64,000 bases of DNA from an uncultured Oscillospiraceae bacterium (GCA_964369235.1 CAYJEQ010000005.1:2464-66463), one strand, 5' to 3'; positions 27,000-35,839 are shown, counted from the stretch's first letter. The notes: a model not told the origin generated them from the letters alone. Program-made: numbers and translations.

Positions 27000-27315
27000 A
27001 ATTATAGCAGATGAGAATTTCACAGAGGAAGTAATGGTAGAAGACAGGGAGATAAGCTCTATCTACTGTTGTGACCTACTGAGTATAGCAATGGCTAAAG
27101 CTCCTATGGACGGTATCTGGGTTACTGTTATGGCAAATGCCAATACCCTTGCAGTTGCAAGCCTAGCTGATATATCCTGTGTGGTCTTTGCCGATGGTAC
27201 TCGACTAACACCACAGGACAGTCAAACAGCAAAGGATAAAGGTATTAATGTGCTTTATACAAACCTTGATATATTTACTGCTGCAGTTAAAATCAAAGAA
27301 ATACTAGGACTATAA
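26989..27315 (+). CDS. Second DRTGG-domain protein
   Basis: 108 aa (…GIWVTVMANANTLAVASLADISCVVFADGTRL…). It overlaps the upstream stop by 11 nt. Confidence 0.5.
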   Translation: MIGKIIADENFTEEVMVEDREISSIYCCDLLSIAMAKAPMDGIWVTVMANANTLAVASLADISCVVFADGTRLTPQDSQTAKDKGINVLYTNLDIFTAAVKIKEILGL

Positions 27316-27353
27316 TTTATGCTTATGACTATACATTTAAGGAGGTGGCTTAA

Positions 27354-28067
27354 CTGGAGATAAAATACGATTTACATATCCATTCCTGTTTATCCCCCTG
27401 TGGTGATGATGCCATGACTCCCGATGTAATAGCTGGCATAGCAGCCTTAAATGGACTTGATCTCATAGCCCTTACTGACCATAACTGTGCCCTCAACTGC
27501 CATGCCACTAAAGAAGCTTGTGATAATTATGGTATTAGTTTTATAGCTGGGGTAGAGGTAACTACAGCAGAAGATGTACATATAGTCAGCCTTTTTCCTA
27601 GCTGTGATGATGCAGTTAATTTTAGCAATGAGCTTAGTAGCCACCTGCCACCTATTAAAAATAAAGAGAAAATCTTTGGCAATCAGCTGGTGGCAGATAT
27701 TAATGGCGCGACCATATCCACAGTGGAAAATCTACTTATTATGGCTGTTTCCCTTAATATTTCCCAGTGTGTAAAACTGGCAGAAAAACATGGTGGTTTT
27801 TCCTTTCCAGCCCATGTGGAAAAGGATAGTAATAGTATACTTGCCATATTAGGTGGATTTCCACAGGAATGTGATTTTCCACTAATAGAGGTAAAGAATA
27901 TGGACAAGGCAAATAGCAACCCACTTTTTGAAAGTGAAATAAATGGCAGAAGGGTAATTAGCTCCTCCGATGCTCACTACCCTCACCAAATCACCCAAGA
28001 TGGAGATAGTTTCCTCAGTGATGGCAGTGATTTTTACAGTGTTAGAAAGGCTCTTATGGGTTATTAG
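27354..28067 (+). CDS. PHP-domain phosphoesterase
   Basis: The PHP metal motif YDLHIHSCLSPCGDD lies upstream of the first ATG (27414). The frame is open back to the stop at 27351-27353. The only start with good RBS spacing is CTG at 27354, 8 nt after AAGGAGGTGG. Confidence 0.7.
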   Translation: MEIKYDLHIHSCLSPCGDDAMTPDVIAGIAALNGLDLIALTDHNCALNCHATKEACDNYGISFIAGVEVTTAEDVHIVSLFPSCDDAVNFSNELSSHLPPIKNKEKIFGNQLVADINGATISTVENLLIMAVSLNISQCVKLAEKHGGFSFPAHVEKDSNSILAILGGFPQECDFPLIEVKNMDKANSNPLFESEINGRRVISSSDAHYPHQITQDGDSFLSDGSDFYSVRKALMGY

Positions 28068-28170
28068 TATAACAAGATAAATTACTGCAATAGTCTATAA
28101 TTCCCCTAGAATATTTAGAATGGTATAGCCCATGTGTAAATAAAACATCAAGAAAGGATTGGACATTTAT

Positions 28171-29862
28171 ATGATAAAGATACCTGGTACTATTATGTCA
28201 GAAGGTCTTGCCATTGGAAATGTAGTTATCCCTCAAATGTCTATGGCAACCTTAGAGTTTACCCCTTGTGAAGATAAAGATGCGGAGAAAATCAAGGTTA
28301 ACAAAGCCTTAAAGGTTGCCATAACCTCTCAACAGATGCTTATTAATCACCATAGTTCTGGCAATAAAGACACAAGAGATATACTTATGGCATATCTATT
28401 TATGCTAAAAGACCCCGACCTTAAGGTGCAAATCCATCAAGCTATAGACAATGAGGGCTGTTCAGCACCTTGGGCTGTAAAACAGGTTTTTGACAGTATG
28501 ATAATGTCACTATATAGCTGTGATGACAGTTATATGAAAAGTCGTGGTGAAGATCTATCCAATGTTATGAACCGTCTTGTGGATATACTACAGGGTAGGG
28601 ATCACAATGAGCCTACTCAGATTAAAGAAGGCTCTATACTAGTATTTAACAGTATCTCACCTTCTCAGTTTGCAGCATTAGATCTTAGTAAAGTTGCTGG
28701 ATTTATCTCTGCTACTGGCAGTGCCGGATCCCATATTGCCATTATGGCAAGAGCTGCACAGATACCAGCTATCTGTTGTAAAGCAGATGATATTGAGAAA
28801 ATTTCCTCTGGTCAGTCGGTTGTTTTAGACTCGGTAAATGCAACTATTATAGTAAATCCTAAACAGGATATACTAGCCCGTTACATTAACACTATTATGC
28901 AGAGAAAAGAAATTCTCAAAGAAGAACTGGAGTTTAAAAACAAAGCTAGTAAAACCAAAGACGGTGTAGAAATCCCAGTGGAAGCTAATATATCCAGTTT
29001 AAAGGATATGCCTTCTACAGTTGAGTATCACGCCAGTGGTATAGGACTTGTAAGAACGGAGTTTTTATTTGAAAATGGTCTACCCTCCTGTCAAGAACAG
29101 TTTGAAAAATACAAAAAAATTCTTGAGATGATGTCTGGTAAGCCTGTTGTCTTTAGATTATTAGATGTAGGTGGGGATAAACTATCCAGCCTAAATAATT
29201 ACAAAGAGGATAATCCCTTCCTAGGCAATCGTGGTATAAGACTTCTAACCCACCACAAAGATGTAATTGCCACCCAGATTAAAGCCCTATTAATGGCTTC
29301 TCCATTTGGTGATGCTACAATACTTCTACCAATGATATCCTCGGTAGACGAAGTAAGAGTAGTAAAAAAAGTTATTAAGAAAATTAAAAAAGAACTTATA
29401 AAAGACAATATTCTTTTTGATGATAAAATTAAAGTTGGTGCTATGATAGAGGTGCCTTCTGCAGCAATTCTAGCAGATGAAATTGCCAAAGAGGTGGATC
29501 TATTTAGTATAGGCACCAATGATTTAACCCAGTATACACTGGCTGTAGACAGAACAAATCCTCTAGTAGCCTCTCTATATAATAACTGCCACCCAGCTGT
29601 ATTAAAGTTAATGGAAATGACCGTTAACGCTGCCGACAAAGCAGGTATACCTGTATGTGTATGTGGCGAGATGGCTTCCCAGATTAATATGGTAAGACTG
29701 CTTCTAGGACTGGGTATAGACAAAATCAGCATTAGCCCTAATATGATATGTAGTGTACGCCACGAGCTATCTAAATACACTATGGAGGAAAATATCCACC
29801 TTGCCAACCGTGCAAAACGCTGTATATCTGCTGAGGCTGTGTACGCACTGCTAAGAAACTAA
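28171..29862 (+). CDS. ptsI: Phosphoenolpyruvate-protein phosphotransferase (PTS Enzyme I family)
   Basis: About 563 aa. It has the phospho-His motif GSAGSHIAIMARAAQIPA, the PEP-binding motif FSIGTNDLTQY, and the catalytic Cys in VCVCGEMAS. I chose the ATG at 28171 (MIKIPGT...) over the TTG at 28159. Confidence 0.85.
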   Translation: MIKIPGTIMSEGLAIGNVVIPQMSMATLEFTPCEDKDAEKIKVNKALKVAITSQQMLINHHSSGNKDTRDILMAYLFMLKDPDLKVQIHQAIDNEGCSAPWAVKQVFDSMIMSLYSCDDSYMKSRGEDLSNVMNRLVDILQGRDHNEPTQIKEGSILVFNSISPSQFAALDLSKVAGFISATGSAGSHIAIMARAAQIPAICCKADDIEKISSGQSVVLDSVNATIIVNPKQDILARYINTIMQRKEILKEELEFKNKASKTKDGVEIPVEANISSLKDMPSTVEYHASGIGLVRTEFLFENGLPSCQEQFEKYKKILEMMSGKPVVFRLLDVGGDKLSSLNNYKEDNPFLGNRGIRLLTHHKDVIATQIKALLMASPFGDATILLPMISSVDEVRVVKKVIKKIKKELIKDNILFDDKIKVGAMIEVPSAAILADEIAKEVDLFSIGTNDLTQYTLAVDRTNPLVASLYNNCHPAVLKLMEMTVNAADKAGIPVCVCGEMASQINMVRLLLGLGIDKISISPNMICSVRHELSKYTMEENIHLANRAKRCISAEAVYALLRN

Positions 29863-29898
29863 AATAGTCAAATTTCTTATATAGCCTTATAACAAAAC

Positions 29899-29963
29899 GG
29901 TTCTATAGCAAATGTTGGGGTAGTACCCCAATAGAATTTTATCCCAACAATTAATATAGAGCC
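29899..29963 (+). repeat. Copy C of the palindromic element, with the hairpin core deleted
   Basis: Sequence: ggttctatagcaaatgTTGGGGTA-g-TACCCCAAtagaattttatcccaacaattaatatagagcc. Both flanks are conserved, but the CCCTCGC...GCGAGGG core is missing. Confidence 0.8.
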
Positions 29964-29973
29964 AACAAAACTA

Positions 29974-30009
29974 ATGGTCTGACACTTTATAGCTGTCAGA
30001 CCATTTTTT
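29974..30009 (+). terminator. Intrinsic terminator after ptsI
   Basis: atggtctgaca-ctttatagc-tgtcagaccat, followed by TTTTTT. Confidence 0.8.
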
Positions 30010-30099
30010 ATCTATTTTCTAAGACTATTGTAGAAACAATCTACACTGTTATCCCTGTATATTTACACTATTACCATTGATAGCCCCTGTAATTATTAA

Positions 30100-30188
30100 T
30101 GTTCATCATTAAATATTGGGGTAAAATTATATGGGGCATATTCCCTCGCCATGAGCGAGGGAATATGCCCCATAATTGATATAGAACT
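30100..30188 (-). repeat. Copy D of the palindromic element (inverted orientation)
   Basis: Sequence: ...attaaatattggggtaaaattaTATGGGGCATATTCCCTCGC-catga-GCGAGGGAATATGCCCCATAattgatatagaac. It has a 20-bp perfect stem and ends 18 nt from the leuS stop. Confidence 0.85.
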
Positions 30189-30205
30189 ATTACTTAATTA
30201 CTATA

Positions 30206-32620
30206 TTACTTAACAACTATATTTACAAGTTTACCCTTAACATATAGCTCTTTTACGATAGTTTTGCCTTCTATTGCAGCTGCTACTGATGGATCAGCCT
30301 TAGCTGTGGCAATAACATCTTCCTGTGGACTATCTGTTGGTATAACAATTCTTGCTTTAATCTTACCGTTTACCTGAACAGCAATTTCTACAGAACTATC
30401 TACACACTTAGCTTCATCATATGTTGGCCAGCTTGTCTGATTAATCATACCTTTAAAGCCACATAGACTCCACATTTCCTCGGTAATATGTGGTGCAAAT
30501 GGGTTAAGAAGTGTTAGGTAGATTTTCATCTCACCCTTTGTAATGCTCTTCTTATCAGATATATCATTTAACAGTGCCATTAATGTGGCAATAGCTGTGT
30601 TGTATTTTAGCGTTTCGATGTCATCAGATACCTTTTTAATAGCCTTGTTGAATGGTGTTTCTAGCTCTGGGCTATATCCATCACCACCTACCATTATATC
30701 CATTAGCGCCCAGCTTCTATCTAAGAATCTCTTACAACCCTTAATTGAGCTTGAGCTCCATGGTGCGCTTTTCTCAAAGTCACCAATGAACATTTCATAT
30801 AGACGCATTGTATCTGCACCATACTCGTTAACGATATCATCTGGGTTTACAACATTGCCTTTAGATTTACTCATCTTCTCGCCGTTTTCACCTAGAATCA
30901 TACCGTGGCTTGTTCTCTTTGCATATGGCTCTTTTGTGCTAACTACACCGATGTCATATAGGAACTTATGCCAGAATCTTGAGTAAAGTAGATGTAGGGT
31001 TGTATGCTCCATACCACCGTTGTACCAGTCAATAGGTAGCCAGTAATCTAGTGCTTCTTTAGCTGCTAGTGCAGACATATTGTCCACATCACAGTAGCGT
31101 AGGAAGTACCAAGAAGATCCAGCCCACTGTGGCATTGTATCGGTTTCTCTCTGAGCGTCCTCTCCACAGCATGGGCATTTAACATTAACCCACTCAGTGA
31201 TATTAGCTAGAGGAGATTCACCGTTCTCTGTTGGCTCATAGGACTCTACCTCTGGTAGTTTTAAGGGAAGGTCACTTTCCTCCAGTGGAACAAATCCACA
31301 TTTAGGACAGTTAATTAGTGGGATTGGCTCACCCCAGTATCTCTGACGGGAGAATACCCAGTCACGAAGTTTATAGTTTACCTTTTCTCTAGCTAGGTCT
31401 TTTTCCTTTAGGAAAGCAATAATCTTCTCCTTGCCTTCTTCTACAGATAGACCATCAATAATGCCAGAGTTTACCATTATGCCTGTTGCACAATCGGTAA
31501 AGGCTTCTTCTTCAATATTACCACCCTTAACAACCTCGATAATAGGAAGGCCGAATTTCTTTGCAAACTCCCAGTCACGGGTGTCATGTCCAGGTACAGC
31601 CATAATAGCACCTGTACCATAGGTCATAAGTACATAGTCAGAGATAAAGATAGGAATTTCCTCACCACTTACTGGATTAATACCAGCAACACCTTTAAGG
31701 CATACACCTGTTTTATCTTTGTTAACTTCTGCTCTTTCAAAATCAGATTTCTTAGAAGCTTCTGTTTGGTATGCTCTAATCTCATCCATATTAGTTAGCT
31801 TATCAGCCCACTGATCAATAAATGGATGTTCTGGTGAGATTACCATATATGTTGCACCGTAAAGTGTATCTGGTCTAGTGGTAAATACAGTTAGTGTGTC
31901 CCCTGCTGTAGTAGCAAAATCCACCTCTGCACCTGTAGAACGACCAATCCAGTTAATCTGAGAGGTTTTAACACGCTCTACATAGTTAACTTCGTCTAGA
32001 TCGTCTATTAGACGCTGTGCGTACTTTGTGATTTTTAGCATCCACTGGCTTTTTACCTTACGGATTACTTCATTGCCACAACGCTCACAGCCACCATTTA
32101 CAACTTCTTCATTAGCTAGTACAACCTTACAGCTTGTACACCAGTTAACAGCCATTTCTTTCTTGTATGCAAGACCTTCTTTAAATAACTGTAGGAATAT
32201 CCACTGTGTCCACTTAAAGTAGTTAGGATCTGTTGTGTTTATCTCTCTATTCCAGTCAAAGGATAGTCCCAGTGACTTAAGCTGACTTTTAAACCTTGCC
32301 ACATTATCCCTTGTAACTATCTCTGGGTGGATGTGGTTTTTTATTGCAAAATTCTCAGTAGGTAGTCCAAATGCGTCCCAACCCATTGGGTAAAGCACAT
32401 TAAATCCTTCTAGGCGTTTCTTTCTAGATACAATATCTAGAGCTGTATAGGAACGAGGATGTCCTACATGAAGACCTGCTCCTGACGGATAAGGAAACTC
32501 TACTAATCCGTAGAATTTAGGCTTAGAATAATCATTTACTGCAGCAAAGGTATTGTTCTCATCCCAGATACCCTGCCATTTTTTTTCGATTTGTTTGTAA
32601 TCGTACTTCAAAGATTGCAC
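30206..32620 (-). CDS. leuS: Leucyl-tRNA synthetase
   Basis: 804 aa with class I HIGH (HVGHPRSYT) and KMSKS motifs and a CP1 editing domain. Confidence 0.97.
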   Translation of the reverse strand: MQSLKYDYKQIEKKWQGIWDENNTFAAVNDYSKPKFYGLVEFPYPSGAGLHVGHPRSYTALDIVSRKKRLEGFNVLYPMGWDAFGLPTENFAIKNHIHPEIVTRDNVARFKSQLKSLGLSFDWNREINTTDPNYFKWTQWIFLQLFKEGLAYKKEMAVNWCTSCKVVLANEEVVNGGCERCGNEVIRKVKSQWMLKITKYAQRLIDDLDEVNYVERVKTSQINWIGRSTGAEVDFATTAGDTLTVFTTRPDTLYGATYMVISPEHPFIDQWADKLTNMDEIRAYQTEASKKSDFERAEVNKDKTGVCLKGVAGINPVSGEEIPIFISDYVLMTYGTGAIMAVPGHDTRDWEFAKKFGLPIIEVVKGGNIEEEAFTDCATGIMVNSGIIDGLSVEEGKEKIIAFLKEKDLAREKVNYKLRDWVFSRQRYWGEPIPLINCPKCGFVPLEESDLPLKLPEVESYEPTENGESPLANITEWVNVKCPCCGEDAQRETDTMPQWAGSSWYFLRYCDVDNMSALAAKEALDYWLPIDWYNGGMEHTTLHLLYSRFWHKFLYDIGVVSTKEPYAKRTSHGMILGENGEKMSKSKGNVVNPDDIVNEYGADTMRLYEMFIGDFEKSAPWSSSSIKGCKRFLDRSWALMDIMVGGDGYSPELETPFNKAIKKVSDDIETLKYNTAIATLMALLNDISDKKSITKGEMKIYLTLLNPFAPHITEEMWSLCGFKGMINQTSWPTYDEAKCVDSSVEIAVQVNGKIKARIVIPTDSPQEDVIATAKADPSVAAAIEGKTIVKELYVKGKLVNIVVK

Positions 32621-32649
32621 CCCTCTAGCTTAATTTATATTATTAATTA

Positions 32650-32997
32650 TTAAAACTCTGTGTTAGCTGCGTCAGACCATAGTCTTTCCATTGAGTAGAA
32701 CTCTCTGGATTCCTCAGTGAAAATATGAATAATTACATCTTCATAATCCATTAGAATCCAGTTAGCACTTGTATTACCTTCAACTCTTTTAGCATGTGCA
32801 CCTTCTTTAGCTAGTGCCTGATCCACATAGTCGGATAGCGCCTTAACCTGTGTTATACTGCTACCAGAAGCAATTACAAAGTAATCACATATTGTTGTTA
32901 GTCCACCGATATTTAGTAGTTTTACATCTTTTGCTAGTTTGTCGTCTAGCACTCTAGCTGCTGCTTGAGCTTTTTCTAAAATTGTCATAATATCCAT
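32650..32997 (-). CDS. rsfS: Ribosomal silencing factor RsfS (iojap/YqeL)
   Basis: 115 aa (…ICDYFVIASGSSITQVKALSDYV…WILMDYEDVIIHIF…). It sits in yqeL-like synteny after nadD-yqeK. Confidence 0.88.
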   Translation of the reverse strand: MDIMTILEKAQAAARVLDDKLAKDVKLLNIGGLTTICDYFVIASGSSITQVKALSDYVDQALAKEGAHAKRVEGNTSANWILMDYEDVIIHIFTEESREFYSMERLWSDAANTEF

Positions 32998-33115
32998 TCC
33001 TTTCTTTAAGCCTAGGGATTTATATTATTGGGATATTCCCATAACCCCCTGTTTGAAAATACATTTCAAACCACGGCTTCCTTCTGTATTTATCTCTACA
33101 GTTAATTTTCATTTA

Positions 33116-34042
33116 TTATGGTGTGTTTATATCTTTACCAGTGTATTTTACCACATCTTTAGAAAAAATGCTATTTAATATTTCTGCCGAGGCATCTTTA
33201 TTAATTTTATATATCCACTGATTATTATATACCTGACCTGTTCCCTCTAGGGACTCTATCTTTATACTGTCTACAGTTATATCCACAGCCTTAGGGGCTA
33301 ATCTCATTATTAATGATAGTGGTATATCTGTATAAACATAATCTAGGCATTTTGGTATAAGTGATATTAACTGGCTATAGGATTTCTCCTTTAATGTCTT
33401 AGCTAAGGCAGTCATAAAATACCTTTGCATCTCCATTCTGCCTATATCACCTGTGCCATAACCTTCTCGGTATCTTACCAGCCACTGGGACTGGGTTCCG
33501 TTTATTGTTTGTAAGCCTTTGTATAGGATTTGATTAGGTAGAAACTCTATATCATAGGGAATATCAATCTCCACCCCACCTAGGGTGTCAATAATACTAG
33601 AAAATCCCTCTAAAAACACCACCACTGAATAATCAATATTAATTGGCAGTATTTCTTCCACACTACTAACTAATGATGCAATACCTTTCTCATGGCTTTT
33701 ATGCTGATTATAGATGCTGTTAATCTTCCCTGTTACCGACATATCCCCCACATAGGTATCCCTTGGGATTTGTAGTACCGATAGCTGATTATCAGTCACA
33801 TTATAACTGGCTATCCCCATTACATCTGTAAGCTGTAGGGTGCTATCAGCACCACAATAAAAGATATTAATAATCTCATCAGTGTTATTATCACTACTTA
33901 GGTTTTCATCGGTTAGCTGAGTAGTTTGGTTTTCTATAATGGTATCTTTTCTAACTGCCATAGTATCTATATTAAGCCTGACTACCACCATTGCAGAAAA
34001 AATCATTACTGCACCTGTAATTATTGCTGTTACCTGTTTCAA
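33116..34042 (-). CDS. LytR-CpsA-Psr (LCP) family cell-envelope transferase
   Basis: 308 aa with an N-terminal TM anchor, an LQIPRDTYV motif and an LCP-like core. Confidence 0.7.
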   Translation of the reverse strand: MKQVTAIITGAVMIFSAMVVVRLNIDTMAVRKDTIIENQTTQLTDENLSSDNNTDEIINIFYCGADSTLQLTDVMGIASYNVTDNQLSVLQIPRDTYVGDMSVTGKINSIYNQHKSHEKGIASLVSSVEEILPINIDYSVVVFLEGFSSIIDTLGGVEIDIPYDIEFLPNQILYKGLQTINGTQSQWLVRYREGYGTGDIGRMEMQRYFMTALAKTLKEKSYSQLISLIPKCLDYVYTDIPLSLIMRLAPKAVDITVDSIKIESLEGTGQVYNNQWIYKINKDASAEILNSIFSKDVVKYTGKDINTP

Positions 34043-34171
34043 AAGTATACTCTCCTTTTACTTTTTTCCAAAGCTTACCCTTATTATCTTCTGTCTAGGG
34101 CTTAGCTTATGTAACAGTTACAGGATTATATGTAGTGCTTTATCTAGGTTTTGTTTTACAGGTAAATACTT

Positions 34172-35368
34172 TTATATACAGTAGTAGTTATAGGCTTCAC
34201 AGGTATCTTTTGATATGCTAATACCTCGGTCTACTAAGTCTTTAATAATATAGCCTAGGGCATATTTCATACCATCATCTAGGGAGGTATATCCATGATT
34301 TCGCATTGTTTCTAGGTCATCGTACTTTCTATCCTCTGAGATTAAATCAGCTACATATATTAGCTTTTCTAAGGTACTCATGGCTTTTCTTCCTATGGTG
34401 TGGTATCTAACTGCATTTAATACATCTAGATTGTATACCCCCATATTATAAAAAAGAAACTCAGCCCCTGCAATACCATGGAGCACCTCATTAGTGTTAA
34501 GAACTTCTTCACCCCAGATTATATCGGATTTACCTATTAACTCTAGCATTTCCTCATAGGATATCTCTTTGCAGATGTCATGGGCTAGTCCTGCTAGATT
34601 AGCTAAGTCACTGGGGCAGTTATACAGTAAAGCTAGTTTTTTAGCTTCCTTTGCCACTGCTTTGCTGTGATTAAATCGCTTCTTCCCTAACATGGACTCT
34701 GCCTTATCGTAAACAGCTTGGGTTATTTCACTATAATCATAGTCCCTACAGCCGTATAAATCATTCTGCATTATATACTCGACTACCTTAGGAGGCAGTC
34801 TATCACTGTGGGCTTTTAAGTCTTCTTTAATAAATGTTGAGCTAACATCTACAATCTCATCACAAAGTATCTCTGCCTTGCCACCTATAGCCTCTAGCTT
34901 TTCTTTATAGATAGCTAAAGCCTCTATGTCCTCATCATGACGGGCTAGGCATTTTATCTCTGCCAGTGAGAGAATTTCATTAATATTAAACCAACTATCA
35001 AGGGTTAGAAACATATCACTGCCTACAATTAGAAACAGCTTATCCTTAGGATATTCTGCCTTTAACCTATGTAGGGTAACTGATGTATAGCTGTAGCTAT
35101 CCCCTTTTTCTATGTGGCTTACCTCAGCCACATCTATATGGCTAAAGGCAAGGTTACACATATTAATCCTATGATGAAAATCCAGTAGATCCTGTGGTTT
35201 TTTATGACTGGGTTTACTTGTTGGTATAATAAGCAGTTTATCTAGTGAGGCAAGTTTTACAGCTGTTTCAGCTAGATGTATATGACCTTTGTGGACAGGA
35301 TTAAATGTACCACCTAAAACTCCAATATTCACTATGCTCCCCCCAAAATTATAAGTGAATACAGCCAA
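34172..35368 (-). CDS. nadD: Fusion of nicotinate-nucleotide adenylyltransferase (NadD) with a YqeK-type HD-domain hydrolase
   Basis: 398 aa. The N-terminal half has GVLGGTFNPVHKGH (the HxGH nucleotidyltransferase motif). The C-terminal half has HSKAVAKEA...GLAHDICKE...HGIAGAEF (HD domain). The TTG at 35368 has no RBS. A GTG at 35332 after GGGGGGAG is a possible true start. Confidence 0.8.
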   Translation of the reverse strand: MAVFTYNFGGSIVNIGVLGGTFNPVHKGHIHLAETAVKLASLDKLLIIPTSKPSHKKPQDLLDFHHRINMCNLAFSHIDVAEVSHIEKGDSYSYTSVTLHRLKAEYPKDKLFLIVGSDMFLTLDSWFNINEILSLAEIKCLARHDEDIEALAIYKEKLEAIGGKAEILCDEIVDVSSTFIKEDLKAHSDRLPPKVVEYIMQNDLYGCRDYDYSEITQAVYDKAESMLGKKRFNHSKAVAKEAKKLALLYNCPSDLANLAGLAHDICKEISYEEMLELIGKSDIIWGEEVLNTNEVLHGIAGAEFLFYNMGVYNLDVLNAVRYHTIGRKAMSTLEKLIYVADLISEDRKYDDLETMRNHGYTSLDDGMKYALGYIIKDLVDRGISISKDTCEAYNYYCI

Positions 35369-35486
35369 TTACATTGGCTAATGAAGAAGTAATAGTGAAT
35401 AGTGTAGGTGTGGCTTTGCCACATTATTAAAATAGAATATGGTCTATTTTCACCTTAACTTTTCACTTTTTACTTTTCACTTTTCA

Positions 35487-35780
35487 CTATTTTCCTAGAT
35501 CTATCTGTGGGTTCTTTTCGTTTCTTTTGTACAGTACAAATCTTGTGCCGATTACCTGTACAATGTCAGAATTAGTTGCAACTGCTAGCTCCATAGCCAT
35601 ATCCTTAGCAAATGCTGGTGCATTTTCTAGGGTTTTAACCTTGATTATCTCTCTAGCCTTTAGTGCATCCTTAGCCTGTAGAATTAGATTCTCGTTAATT
35701 CCATCCTTACCAATATGTAGGATTGTGTCAATTTTGTTTGCGATTGCTCTTAGTTTTGCTCTCTGTTTGCTTGTTATCAT
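35487..35780 (-). CDS. yhbY: YhbY/YqeI CRM-domain RNA-binding protein
   Basis: 97 aa (SKQRAKLRAIANKIDTILHIGKDGINENL...), in synteny with nadD. Confidence 0.85.
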   Translation of the reverse strand: MITSKQRAKLRAIANKIDTILHIGKDGINENLILQAKDALKAREIIKVKTLENAPAFAKDMAMELAVATNSDIVQVIGTRFVLYKRNEKNPQIDLGK

Positions 35781-35839
35781 CTGGATATTTCCTTTCTCTG
35801 TCCCATAGGGACTTCTTTTAGGTATTATTAACCTAAAAG

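Noticed and set aside
32621-32649. A T-box leader upstream of leuS.
   Set aside because: Only 29 nt separate leuS from rsfS, so leuS is co-transcribed with the upstream genes. There is no room for a T-box of about 200 nt.
33010-33050. A possible degenerate copy of the palindromic element (tatattattgggatattcccataaccccc).
   Set aside because: It shares only short G-run/AT motifs with the family. No paired stem and no conserved flanks (CTATAGCAAAT / CAATTAATATAG) can be aligned.
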